A stretch of 63,788 nt of DNA, the filler included, from Octopus bimaculoides (lineage: Eukaryota): NCBI RefSeq assembly GCF_001194135.2. It is 7 parts of 7 records of this genome, joined end to end, with 100 filler letters (N's around TTAATTAATTAA, not from the genome) between each part and the next. Parts side by side here need not be neighbours in the genome. Positions count along the whole stretch, not along the records: positions 1 to 31,267 come from NC_068993.1; 6 more parts are not named here. The stretch is one strand, 5' to 3'. Shown here in pieces: positions 14,215-26,888 of the stretch. The translations under genes were made by a program, and so were the position numbers. The notes under the pieces are model-generated. The model made no database searches and was not told the origin of the DNA. It saw nothing but the letters and a program-made list of their open reading frames with translations. Position 1 is the stretch's first letter. Each line of letters starts with the position of its first letter.

Positions 14215-15788
14215 TATATTTAACGTCATAAAAATGTATAAACTTCAAGAGAATTTGAAAGAATTCTTTTTGCTAACGTTGGACATCGTAGCAGAGAATA
14301 CTGGATTCTAGAAAAAGAAACTTATTGGTTAGAAAAAGCTGAAGGCTGCCCGTAGAACCCGGATCCTCATTTCCTCTCAACAGTTGCGAGTTTGTGGGCG
14401 CTGTACGAAAGTCCATATCTTCCAACAACTCATCTAAATTAGAAGACTGGAACCCGCGTTTTCTGCCTCTGCCGCTTTTACATCTTTCATTTAAGGACCG
14501 TTATTGCTTTCCTACACACCTATCTATTTTCCTCTCCGGCTATCTTTCTTCTTTTCTTTCTACTTAATGGCTACCTAACCACATCCATTTTATTTGTATT
14601 TTGGGCGCCCCTTTCACAAACTGAAATTTTCATTTGTCATTTGATCTTTTTTTTATTTTACTTTTTCTTTTTAGCGATTGGCCATTTTTCGCTGACTTAT
14701 TTGTTCATTCTTTTGCTTAGCACTTGTGTCATTGCAAACTTCGTTGAGGTGTGATGATGAAAAGATTAGTTCAGCTGCGTTGTGTTCGTTACTACATACG
14801 TAACGGACTTCAGATAGTTATGAAACAATTGTAGTCGATATGCTATCTGTTCCATTGATGATATGTTTATAACGATCAAAAGTGTTCACTGCATATTAAC
14901 CTACTTTCGCCCCGAAAAATAGCAGAAGAATCAGTGATAAAGGAAAGCGAATAATTTTACGTGTCTCTTTGAAGTGCGAAATACGCAGTCAAATCTCTCT
15001 GAAACACCCTATATTGCTTATGAAGGAAGGCCATAATATATGCAGTACAGTATATATTATGACGTCTGAAGATAAAGATTTAAATTTCGCCTGAAAATAA
15101 GACAAGATGAGGAAAGATGAGGTGTTTTTGACTCTATGTCTGCTCCATGAAATCTTACCTGGAATTAAAAACAAAAACCAAGAACAGATATAAACTATCC
15201 CCCACACTTAGTCTAGACACTAATGTAACAGCAGCATCAATGAATCCACTATCTGAAAAAATGTTATAGAAGAACACAAGAGACAAATGATCATTGCACA
15301 GGAACAACACCTGTCCATTAAACCTATCTCCATTGTAGACGTCAACAGAACTTACAAACATATGAAATCTGGATGTTATACCAACCGTGGCCGTGATTGA
15401 ATGGTTTAGAAATTAACTTTTTACTACGTGGCATCAGGTTAAATCCTATTATTTTCTGTTATAACTTAGGTTTAACAAATCTTAGGTTTAACAAATGTCT
15501 TGCAGGCATTTTCTCCACATTAAATATTCCATCGTTAAACCAGACAACAATTTGTATAATGAATGGGTAGACATAGAGCTCAATATTTAGAATAGCTAAC
15601 AATCTGAATATCCCTTGCCATTTGAATATTTAGATAGTTAATTCTCAGCCATTTTTAATGAATGAACCCCTTTTATTCGTATTTTACTCAAGTAGACCTC
15701 GGTAGCCATTTCATGCTTAAAATGTCCAATCATATTTTTATAATTAAAACTCATAAGAAATTGTATCAAAAAATTGTTAAAATTTACA

Positions 15789-15946
15789 TAAGAAGCTTAC
15801 TTCCCAATGACATGGTTCTGGCTTCAGTCCCACTGCGTGGCGCCTTGGGCAAGTGTCTTCTACTATAGCCTCGAGCTGACCAAGGCCTTGTGAGTGGATT
15901 TGGTAGACGGAAACTGAAAAAAGCCCGTCGTATATTTTTACATATA

Positions 15947-15989
<43 letters not shown>

Positions 15990-16196
15990 ATCTGTGTTTG
16001 TACCTCCATCACAACTTGACAACCAGCGTTGGTGTGTTTACGTCCCTGTAATCTAGTGGTTCGGCAACAGAGACCGATAGAATAAGTACTAGGCTGAAAA
16101 AATAAGCACTGGCGTCGATTCATCCGACTAAAGATTCAAGGTGGTACTCCAATATGGCCGCAGTCAAATAACTGAAACAGGCAAAAGATAAAAGAT
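15789..16196 (+). mobile_element. SINE family 1, near full length
   Basis: All family motifs present in order; AAAAGAT tail. Confidence 0.88.
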
Positions 16197-16264
16197 AGAT
16201 TATTTTGTGTATTGAAGGAGTATAATCAATTTATTGCAGATAAATTTTAACAACAAAATCTTAT

Positions 16265-16312
16265 ATGGACCCCTAAGGGCCATATGAACCCCGGTTGAGA
16301 ACCTCTGATCTA
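16265..16312. mobile_element. hAT-like MITE terminus fragment
   Basis: GGACCCC...CCCCGGTTGAGAACCTCTG-ATCTAGA resembles a Charlie-type right end next to an NTCTAGAN target. Confidence 0.35.
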
Positions 16313-17489
16313 GATGACTATATATCTTACTTTCTAGCTAGTGATATAGCTAACAATTTAGACCGTAAGGTGGCTAATTTTCTAGAAAGCTATGTAGGGG
16401 GCTTTAGAGCTTAGCAGACAAATGCGAGTTTACTCACAGAGATAGAAGACACGCATATATTCTGAAAGCCTCATTAACATCTATTATTGTTAAATCAAAC
16501 CAGTGAGGTGTTATCAAAAGGGAGAGTGGCGAGTATGTAGAACAAATGGATCAGAGAATGTAAGGAGGAAAATCTTGACGAAATTACACCTATTGATGCT
16601 TTGAAGAGAGTAAGGACAAGGTTCCTGACTTGAGATGATAAGCTTAATAAAATTAGAAAGTAAATAGCTGGAATAGATATTGAATGATTTTACAATGGGT
16701 TGTTAACTGTCTAGAGTGAAGAAAAGTAATTTTCTGGGTGAATGATCACTCAGCTGTGAACGTCCAAGAAAAGGATTTTAATAATTCCAAGTTTCGCAGA
16801 ACGCAGATCGTTTATATGACAACGGACACAGCGAATGCAGAGTAATTAATGTTGGCCTACATAACTTTAACTAAGAACTGCTAACATGTATGTTGTATGT
16901 ATGTATATAAATCAGTATGTAAATATGTGCNNNNNNNNNNNNNNNNNNNNNNNNNNNNNNNNNNNNNNNNNNNNNNNNNNNNNNNNNNNNNNNNNNNNNN
17001 NNNNNNNNNNNNNNNNNNNNNNNNNNNNNNNNNNNNNNNNNNNNNNNNNNNNNNNNNNNNNNNNNNNNNNNNNNNNNNNNNNNNNNNNNNNNNNNNNNNN
17101 NNNNNNNNNNNNNNNNNNNNNNNNNNNNNNNNNNNNNNNNNNNNNNNNNNNNNNNNNNNNNNNNNNNNNNNNNNNNNNNNNNNNNNNNNNNNNNNNNNNN
17201 NNNNNNNNNNNNNNNNNNNNNNNNNNNNNNNNNNNNNNNNNNNNNNNNNNNNNNNNNNNNNNNNNNNNNNNNNNNNNNNNNNNNNNNNNNNNNNNNNNNN
17301 NNNNNNNNNNNNNNNNNNNNNNNNNNNNNNNNNNNNNNNNNNNNNNNNNNNNNNNTATATATATATATATATATATATAATTGTCGATTCGCTATCTCCT
17401 TTTGCGCTCTCCTCTTTCCATTAACAGACAAAGTCTGTTCCTCTTATTGGCTCCCTCGTTGACTATACGGAACATCAGTTTGGCAAAAA

Positions 17490-18180
17490 CCAAAGCGCCG
17501 CCTACTATACGTTGACGTAAACCGAAGGGTGACAGATCCGGGCTATGCGATGGGCGGGGTTCACTGACCACCCCACTTTGCCGATTGCCTGATTTGTTGC
17601 CAAAGATGTGTGTGGTAACACACTGTCATTGCTTATGTGAATCGTTTTCAGATTCTTGTTCGATCTCTTCCTTCTAATGGATTCTGTAAACTTTCTGGTT
17701 GTCTCACTATACCACACGCTGTTACTGATACAGTCACTCTTCAGGAAATCAAGGATCAAGGAAAATGATGCCCTTGTAAGTCTCCAAAGCAATCACCTTG
17801 ACATTTGTGCCGATTGCGGTCTCTTGAGGTCCATTCCATGGACCGAGCTTTCGTTTCATGATCATAAAAAATCCAACCACGTTTTTATCCGGGGGAAAAG
17901 AACATGTGCATCCCTTCAAACACTTCGAGCAGGTACAAGCATGCTTTCTCCCTTTTCTGTTTTGAATCGGGTGTCAAGTACCGAAGTACTCACTGTGCAC
18001 GCATTTTCTCGTACCCAAAGTCTTTCCCCTTCTTCTGTAACGGATTGTGGCCATTGTTCAGTTGTGAAAGAAGCTCACGAATTGTGACTCGTCTGTCCAA
18101 ACGATTCAATTCGTCCAGTCGCTGGACATTCTTTGTCAACGGTAGCAGTTTATGGTTCCCAACGGCGTAGTTTATCTTTG
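17490..18180 (-). mobile_element. Decayed mariner transposase (central/C-terminal part)
   Basis: Across frameshifts and stops: GYEKMRAQ*VLRYLTPDSKQKR (WVPRxLT-like), WIFYDHETKARSMEW, YKGIIFLDFLKSDCI, HISNDSVLPHTS (HDNARPH-like), and a PPHSPDLSP-like motif (mariner YSPDLAP). Confidence 0.85.
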
Positions 18181-18261
18181 ATACTGATTTTCTTTAATCT
18201 TTAATCGTCTACATCCATTTGTTTATATATATACCTTGTCAATAATGTCATGTCTATTATC

Positions 18262-18452
18262 TTTTATCTTTCATTTGTTTCATTCATTCGACTGCGGCCA
18301 TGCTGGGGCACCGCCTTAAAAGGTTGTAGTTGAACAAACCGACCCTAGCACTTACTATTTTTTGAGCCCTAGTACTTATACTATCGGTCCTTTTTGCCGA
18401 AACGTTAAGTCACGGGGACGTAAAAACACCGGTGGTGGAGGACAAACACAGA
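18262..18452 (-). mobile_element. SINE family 1, tail half
   Basis: Reverse complement of the CAGCATGGCCGCAGTCGAATGAATGAAAC tail and the CCCCGTGACTTAACG block. Confidence 0.75.
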
Positions 18453-18581
18453 CATGCACGCGCACACAGTATGACAAAGTATGACAAATAGCGAAAACAG
18501 ATTCTATCGTAGCATTAAACAAAGAGTTAAAGCAAAAAGTTTTTAACTAACGATATCATATATATATATATACGTATCTCA

Positions 18582-18656
<75 letters not shown>

Positions 18657-18927
18657 NNNNNNNNNNNNNNNNNNNNNNNNNNNNNNNNNNNNNNNNNNNN
18701 NNNNNNNNNNNNNNNNNNNNNNNNNNNNNNNNNNNNNNNNNNNNNNNNNNNNNNNNNNNNNNNNNNNNNNNNNNNNNNNNNNNNNNNNNNNNNNNNNNNN
18801 NNNNNNNNNNNNNNNNNNNNNNNNNNNNNNNNNNNNNNNNNNNNNNNNNNNNNNNNNNNNNNNNNNNNNNNNNNNNNNNNNNNNNNNNNNNNNNNNNNNN
18901 NNNNNNNNNNNNNNNNNNNNNNNNNNN

Positions 18928-18968
<41 letters not shown>

Positions 18969-20404
18969 TAATGTATTCCGAATATAGGTATATTTTGTTC
19001 AAAAATCAAAAACGAGAGAAAAATATTGAAAAAGCAAAATAAAGAATTACAACAAAGAAATAGGTCGTATCATATGTCAAAGAAAATTTTCTGTTTTATG
19101 CGATTATTTTGGTTTATCGAATAAATTTAGAATTATTAGCTAAGATATTTGTTTGACAAGTAAGAAATTCTGTATTGGCCGAATCTGTCAAAATGATTTT
19201 GTCTAATTGTGTTATACTGTCACACATCTAAACGACTTCCTCGTTAAATTGCTATAAATATCAAACCGTGTTGCGTTTCATAATTAGGTTATAAGTGAAT
19301 TATTACACACTTGGAATGATGGTAATGAAGCTGGTGGTGGCACTAGTGCTATGGTGATGGTAATATTGGCGTAAGTGGTAGTGATGGTGTTGGTAAGTAT
19401 AGTAGTAGCAGTAGTAGGATTAAAAATAGTAGTATTTGTATGTTGTTGTGTTCAGGTGTATATATATATATATATATATATATATCACACATAGTTACTC
19501 ATCTATCTATCTATCTATCTGTCTGCGTGTCTGCTTGTCTGTCTGTTTTTCTCTGTCTATCTATTTGTATGTCTGTCTGCCTGTCTATCTATCTAGCTAA
19601 CTGTCTATTAACCAATGAATATACTATATATAATTGATGGACCCTTGACGAAATTGCAGCGACTAGAGTGTATAATTGCATACGGGGCAATGTGCAGCTG
19701 CTACTTAGAAACATATGTTGGTCATTGTTACATATTTTGGATGTGAATAAATCTCCGCTCTCTTCTTGGTTTTCAGTTATGTATATATATACACATATAT
19801 ATATACACATATATATATGTATATGCATGTATATATGTATATGCATGTATATACGCATGTAATATGTATAGGTGTGAGTGTGTGCGTTTAATTATTGAAG
19901 CTCTGAGCATCAATGTTGTGTAGACTATATAAAAGTTATACGAGTTCAATTCACTAACTTTTTTTAAAAACTAGGGAGTCGTTTTCTGGGAACAGAAAAC
20001 CCGCTTCTTATAAAACAGAAATCTGTTACTTTTGGTCAAAAACGATAACAGAAACAGAAGCCAAAGTTACGTTCCCTGTTTTTGGAAATGTCGTAAGCGA
20101 CACACCAAGTGATAATAACAGGGACAACAACACCAACACAAATAACAATTATAATAAACTAATAAGAAAAGAAATTGAAGCACATTTTCTGGAAGTGGGA
20201 AACCCTTCACATATTGAAACAATAATCTGTTATTTCGGATCACAAGCGATGGAAGAACAAAAACCGAAGTTGCCTCCCTTGTTTTATAAATGTCACAAGC
20301 GACACGCCTACCTATTTCTCAACAACTGATTTTGAATACGGAAACTCTGTCGGCGTAAACCGTATCCTGGTCAGTTTATATAACATATTTTCGTCTACTA
20401 CAAA

Positions 20405-20582
20405 ACGTCTTTTAACCGCAAAACACACAAGAACCTTTTTCTACACAAAAGGAACGGAGTAATATATGAGAACGATAAATAAGTACTAGGCTTACAAAAC
20501 AAATAAGTCCTGGAGTAGATTTCTTCGGTTAAAACCGTTTGAGGCGGTGCTCCAGCATGGCTGCAGTCAAATGGCTGAAACA
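20405..20582 (+). mobile_element. SINE family 1, tail fragment
   Basis: AAGTACTAGGCTTACAAA..AAGTCCTGG..GGCGGTGCTCCAGCATGGCTGCAGTCAAATGGCTGAAAC. Confidence 0.75.
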
Positions 20583-20746
20583 AAAAAAAAATTTAAGAAT
20601 ATGGTTTCAATCTTTTGGGTGCGTAGTACAGTTTATACCATTGCAACACACTGCAGTATAAAGCAAAGATATTCGTAGCCTTCCACAGACAAATTAACTT
20701 ATATGAAACAAAATATCCAAACACTAGTGTTCTTATACATATATTT

Positions 20747-20883
20747 ATTTATTATTCTTAAACGAGAATATTATTGACAGTGACTTCAAAGTTTCGTTTA
20801 GCTAGGTCAACGTCCGTCGACGGTTTAGCTGGCCGACACTATGAAATCATTGTCAATAATATTCTGATTTGAGAATAATAAAT
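20747..20883. repeat. 137-bp hairpin / MITE-like inverted repeat
   Basis: 46-bp arms with 40/46 matches (ATTTATTATTCTTAAACGAGAATATTATTGACAGTGACTTCAAAGT versus the reverse complement of the right arm) and a 45-bp spacer. Confidence 0.75.
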
Positions 20884-21409
20884 TTGTACTCTGAAAAAGC
20901 ATAGATAACTTTCAGATTAATGTAAAGCATTTTTTAAAATTATGACTGAACATAAAAACAAACATTAATAGATTATATATGTGTGCATGTATGTATGTAT
21001 GTATGTATGTATGTATGTATGTATGTATGTATGTATGTATGTATGTATGGACGTATCTATGTGTGTGTTATTATTGAAGCCGACATTTATATATGATGTT
21101 TGTGTGTGTATGATTGTATACACACACACACGCACAAACACACAAACACACACAGAACGAAAGATTGTATAGAAACATTTTATACATAGAAAGATATACA
21201 TATTATGTATATGCAAATACACATACCTCTACATATGTACACACACATAGATATATATATACACACATAAGTTTACATGCAACCAAACATGCGTGAGGCG
21301 TGCTCTGTAAACAAAGCCACATGTAAAACGTCAGACACACAGACAACCAAAAGAAAATTTATCAAAAATGTTATTTCAAGTTTATAATTTGTTCAATATG
21401 CCAAACATT

Positions 21410-21436
21410 TATCATTGCTATCATTATCATTATCAA

Positions 21437-21491
<55 letters not shown>

Positions 21492-21520
21492 GTTGTTGTT
21501 GTTATTATCGTCATCATCGA

Positions 21521-21580
<60 letters not shown>

Positions 21581-21610
21581 CATTATTATTATTAATTTTT
21601 ATGATCATCA
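21410..21610. repeat. (ATT)n compound microsatellite; others at 7375-7460, 28208-28263, 28690-28790, 52200-52290 and 58565-58620
   Basis: Direct reading. Confidence 0.95.
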
Positions 21611-22219
21611 TATTATTACTATCCTCCTCCTCNNNNNNNNNNNNNNNNNNNNNNNNNNNNNNNNNNNNNNNNNNNNNNNNNNNNNNNNNNNNNNNNNNNN
21701 NNNNNNNNNNNNNNNNNNNNNNNNNNNNNNNNNNNNNNNNNNNNNNNNNNNNNNNNNNNNNNNNNNNNNNNNNNNNNNNNNNNNNNNNNNNNNNNNNNNN
21801 NNNNNNNNNNNNNNNNNNNNNNNNNNNNNNNNNNNNNNNNNNNNNNNNNNNNNNNNNNNNNNNNNNNNNNNNNNNNNNNNNNNNNNNNNNNNNNNNNNNN
21901 NNNNNNNNNNNNNNNNNNNNNNNNNNNNNNNNNNNNNNNNNNNNNNNNNNNNNNNNNNNNNNNNNNNNNNNNNNNNNNNNNNNNNNNNNNNNNNNNGGTG
22001 GGGTAGGTGGTGGAGGTGGGGTAGGTGGTGGAGGTGGTGGAGGTGGTGGTAGTGGTTATAGTACTACTGTTATAAATCCATTATCCCCGTCGCTTCCAAA
22101 TTTCTGGTCTTGCGCCTATGGAAAGAAACACAGAAAGAAACAAGGAGAGTAAATAAAGAATGATTACTGACTAGCGCCGTGTCTGAATGTGTATGAACGT
22201 GTGTGTTCATATGTATATT

Positions 22220-22402
22220 CTTTCATTCTTTTACTTCTTTCAGTTATTTGACTACGGCCATGCTGGAGCACTGCCTTCAAGAGTTTTAGTCGAACAAATC
22301 AACCCCAGGATATATTTTTAAAAGCGTAGTGCTTTTTCCATCATCGCTTTTTGCTGAACCGTTATGTTACGGGGACGTAAACACACTAGCACCGGTTGTC
22401 TT
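22220..22402 (-). mobile_element. SINE family 1, tail half
   Basis: TTTCAGTTATTTGACTACGGCCATGCTGGAGCAC...GGGGACGTAAACACAC. Confidence 0.75.
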
Positions 22403-22410
22403 CTCCACGA

Positions 22411-22641
22411 AATTACTTTTCGCTTCAGAATGCCGCAGGTAGTACCAGTCTACATTGTTTACCGGTAGCGCTACTAACACATAGCGACCTGACTGAGATC
22501 CGTCACACAAACTTATTAATTATTATTATTATTATGATTCGTTCCGCGCAGAATTACTTTTCTCTTCATAATTCCGCAGGTAGTACCAGTCTACATTATT
22601 TACCAGTAGCGATACTAACACATAGCAACCAGACTAAAATC
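22411..22641 (+). repeat. Two-copy tandem repeat, about 90-bp unit, period 141 bp
   Basis: AATTACTTTT..CCGCAGGTAGTACCAGTCTACATT..TACTAACACATAGC..GACT..ATCC occurs at 22411 and 22552. Confidence 0.9.
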
Positions 22642-22889
22642 CTTGGAAAGGATTTATATTATTTTTCACTGTGTGTAGTTCAGTTCCCTCTTCAAATTTT
22701 CGCTGTGTGTAGTTCTTCCATTTCAACACTCCTACGAGCGTTCGTAACCCTGTTACTACTGTTATAACGACACCCCTATACAGCGGCGGAGTATCCTCGT
22801 CACCACTGATATGTCCCGCATTATGACGACATATTTCGTCGTTTGCGTGACGGGCCCGTATGGCGTATCTGACCGTCTGACCCTGCTTG

Positions 22890-24050
22890 CTCTGTCTGTC
22901 CACTATTTATCAGTATTGGAACAGCCCACTTATCACTTTGGGGTGTCCGCCACAGCAGAAACATTACCTAGATGACTGCCTAATCCTACGGATGCAGACA
23001 TTTGAACAACCTATAGATTTCAGAAACCTAATCTACAGCATAAACAATAATATAAACTTCACCATGGAATACAGTAAAACTCAAATACTATTTCGAGATA
23101 TACTAATCATCAAAAGAGATAAAAAAAAAACATTGAAATTGACATTCACTACAAACAAACAGATTCTAAACAATACTGACTATTCTCTTCATGTTATCTC
23201 AAACACACGAAGAATAATATCCTATTTAATCAAGCAAAAAGAATCTGCACAACTGTCTCAAACCCTGAAACTCGCAATAAAAGGCTCCAGGAACTAACAC
23301 AAATACTACTTAAAAGAAAATAACCGTTAAAGTTAATAGGCAACGGAACAGAAAGTGCCAAAGCAATAAATATCCAAGAACTACGAAAAACGAGAAACGC
23401 TCCAGATACATCCAATAACCTATCCTTTATTACAACACACAACCTAAGAAATACAGAGGTTTACAATATTATCAACCAGAATATCCCACTACTAAAATAA
23501 GAACCGAGAATGAAACAAGCATTCGAAATACACAAAATAGTCAAAAGTAAAAGACAATCAAAGTCTCTCAAAGAATTCCTCACAAGTGCTAAATTACCTT
23601 CCACAAATCCTACACCAACAGTCAAAAAGTGTGGCAGCCTCAGTTGTGGGACTTGCATCAAACTTATTGAAGACACAACATACAAATTCAAATCAGGACA
23701 GATTTTTACTATAAAAAAATAATTTTACGTGTTCTTTAATGAATTACATACACGACATCAAATGTCAAGAATGTAATGAAGATTACACAGGTCAAACAAA
23801 GCTTAATCTAAGAAATAGATTGACCATTCAACGACAACAAATATGTGACCTCAGTACTAGACAGATTCCACTGAGTGGACACATAGAGATATGTGAAAAA
23901 ATAAGTCCCCCAAGTTCCAGGCCGACCCATTCTGTGTTTAGTGAATACTACAGATGAAGTAAGGATAAACAAAATATTTTCATACAAAGGTACAAACCCA
24001 GACTTCTCAAGCTTTAACAAAGTGCATACACAAATAACTATTTACACGCA
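22890..24050 (+). mobile_element. Penelope-like retroelement, 5'-truncated and decayed (RT C-terminus, thumb/linker, GIY-YIG endonuclease)
   Basis: YLDDCLI (RT catalytic motif), INNNINFTMEYSKTQILFRDILI, HTKNNI-like, KKCGSLSCGTC linker, and NYIHDIKCQECNEDYTGQT...LRNRL (GIY-YIG pattern). Multiple frameshifts and stops. Confidence 0.9.
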
Positions 24051-24659
24051 AACCTCATTCTACCGCTTGACATGAGGAACCTATACAGTTAACAACCTAA
24101 ACTTTAGCCACTGGACTACATGCAAACGACACCTGTCTACTGCCCTACCAGAAAGGTTAAATTGGGAGTACCTTGATTGTATGTAAACATGTTCACTCAA
24201 CAGTGTCGGCCTTCATTTTAGGTGCAAGATATACTGCCACGTAAAAACTAACGCACGGAGATAGCGGGAAACGTACAAAGTTTTGTAGATGTAATCACGT
24301 GTCTATTCTCTACAAACACTTGACAGAAAACATTCAGAACATTGAATGTTTAGTAATACCACTAAACTTGTTCAGTCAACCGTGTCAGCTTTAACTTACG
24401 ACGATAAACATTTTCACTTGATACTAATACATGGGTGTAGCGGGGAACCTACAAATATTTCTAAGTCCAGTCATGCGACTATCCTCTACCAATCAACCCC
24501 TATTCAAAACACATACTAATTTGAACCATGAACCCCCATAAAATAAGGCAAGTTTCAAACACTAGCCAGAAGCAAAACAGCTGCGACATAGGCTGCGTCT
24601 TTCTATTTCAAATATTTGAAAATTAGTGTAAACTGTGAAATCGGTGTCGATGAATATTC

Positions 24660-25136
24660 GAATGACCAAATCCAAGCTACTCTGCTATTTCCTCAGCAGT
24701 TACGATGGGATTTTGTTCCACCAGGGTTTGCAGGACATCCCCGTCGAGCTCTACAGTTCTTCCAGTATGAGGCTCGTCTTCTAGACTGTAATTTACGGCT
24801 CAGAATTTCTGGAACCACGTTGACATTCTGTTACACTTCTTGTCCGATCCCCATATACCGCATTCCACGCATTTTCCGTTGCGTTGTTGCTTTTATTGAA
24901 CTCATAAAGCAAAACATGCTAAATATGCTCCTTTGTCACTTCCATTATTATAGCTTTGAAAAAATAACTTTTAACATCAAACACCGCAATCTTCAAAACT
25001 TGTATTAAGAATAGGAACAAGGTAAAATTACTACCTGATTTTATAGCAAGTTGATGCAGGTAGTTTATTCCGTACCCTCCGACTTTTAGTTCATGCAATC
25101 GAAAAAAACCCACATTATTTATGGGATGACCCAATA
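24660..25136 (-). mobile_element. Mariner 5' fragment: left TIR plus decayed HTH DNA-binding region
   Basis: Minus strand begins TA|TATTGGGTCATCCCATAAATAATG (TIR-like). Translation gives EFNKSNNATENAWNAVYG...NYSLEDEPHTGRTVELDGDVLQTLVEQNPIVTAEEIAE*LGFGHS, matching mariner N-termini. Confidence 0.85.
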
Positions 25137-25140
25137 TATG

Positions 25141-25288
25141 TATGACGGGCTTCTTTCACTTTCCACCTACTAATTCCACTCACAAGGCTTTGGTCGGCTT
25201 GGGGCTATAGGAGAAGACACTTGCGGTAAGACTGAACCTTGAACCATAAGGCTAGGAAGCAAGATCTTTACCACACAGCTACACCTAC
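25141..25288 (-). mobile_element. SINE family 1, head half
   Basis: GACGGGCTTCTTTCA..TCCACTCACAAGGCTTTGGTCGG..GAAGACACTTG..ACCACACAGC. Confidence 0.75.
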
Positions 25289-25938
25289 ATGCATAAATAG
25301 ATATATAGATAGATAGATAAATAGATAGATAGATAGATAGAATCCCTGGAGACTGGTGGTTTTGGCCTGCCTCGTATTTAAAGTAAAATTACGTAAGTTA
25401 TATGTTGTTAAGAAGGGTAATATCAGGAATAATTTGGTTCTTCGGGGTAAAAAAAAAATCTGGTGTTCTTTCGTTTCTTATTCAGGAAAGAGACACCAAA
25501 CGTTTTCTTCATCTCTGAAGCAAGAACTATAGATAGCATGTGTTGATATTCATGTCATGAATATGAATATAATTCGTAGGTGGCGCTAGTGTGTTGCTTC
25601 AGTCAATATGCAACTAGGTTGTATGGGAGTTCATGTGTGAGTCACGTGAATGACTGCGTGTGTGTATGTGAGCATGTATATGTATGTGTGTATGTGAGCA
25701 TGTATATGTATGTGTTGTCATGTGATTCGGTAAGCCAATTAGTTTGGTTACATTCTAAAAGTATATAAAAAGAATCATGTATATATATGTGTGTGTGCGT
25801 GTGTATATGTGTCTTCGTGCACGTGTTTGTGCATACAAGGTGTATACATTTGTGTGTGCATCAGCGAAATGTATGTCAGAGAGACAGATGAAGCAGATAC
25901 ATAAAGGGAGACGTATAGAAAGAGAGAAAGAGAGACAG

Positions 25939-26053
<115 letters not shown>

Positions 26054-26222
26054 ACGAGAAAGTTAGAGCGTGCGAACGCATAAATATAAAAAACACATGT
26101 CTTTGCTTTGATATTCAAACGTACACGTACATCAAACGTGCACACTCTCACACACAAAGGCGCGCATACATATACGCAAACACGCACTCCAACATGAACG
26201 CACACACATACGTTTGTATTCA

Positions 26223-26300
<78 letters not shown>

Positions 26301-26589
26301 AATATATGCCTGTACATATATACATAAATACATACATACATACATACATACATGCATACATATTCATGTCTGTTTATGTTGGTATTGCTTGTTAGGAACA
26401 CAACAAAGCACGGACTATGTATAGTATTAGATGCAATTCAGCAGAATGGTTAATTTTGATAAAACGAAAACTGCTTGAAAGTCTATGAAAGAAGGGAAAG
26501 AAGTACATACTCGTCGCTGTCACTATTTTACTAAAATTATGTATGCAGACATACACACAGCCGTACATGAGAATATATAGATGTGTGTG

Positions 26590-26820
26590 TCATCTCACGA
26601 GCCGTAGCTGCATTCGAAGAGGACCGACGACAGCGTCTCGATACTGGAATAGAAAAACGTCACAAGGGAGCCTCTGTCTCGATCCAGTCAACAGAATATA
26701 TCGCTGGGAGATCTCTGGGCGCTAATGTGCTTCTAGCTTTCCACTGCGGGGTCAGATACGTTCTCTTCACTAAAGTACACAGACTTTGTCGTCATCGGAC
26801 ACCGATGGACTACCTATCAT
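26590..26820 (+). mobile_element. RTE (BovB-like) LINE 3' end, decayed
   Basis: RAVAAFEEDRRQRLDTGIEKRHK... resembles the conserved RTE ORF2 tail (FEExRRxxLxxKRxxRK followed by a degenerate CCHC region). Confidence 0.55.
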
Positions 26821-26837
26821 CATATGTATGTTTGTGC

Positions 26838-26888
<51 letters not shown>

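Noticed and set aside
14752-14900. GTGATGA as a possible snoRNA box C
   Set aside because: No box D (CTGA) or terminal stem at a suitable distance.
17656-18170. 143-aa and 88-aa plus-strand ORFs
   Set aside because: Antisense shadows of the decayed mariner transposase.
24616-25008. 130-aa plus-strand ORF
   Set aside because: It is the antisense shadow of the mariner HTH fragment.
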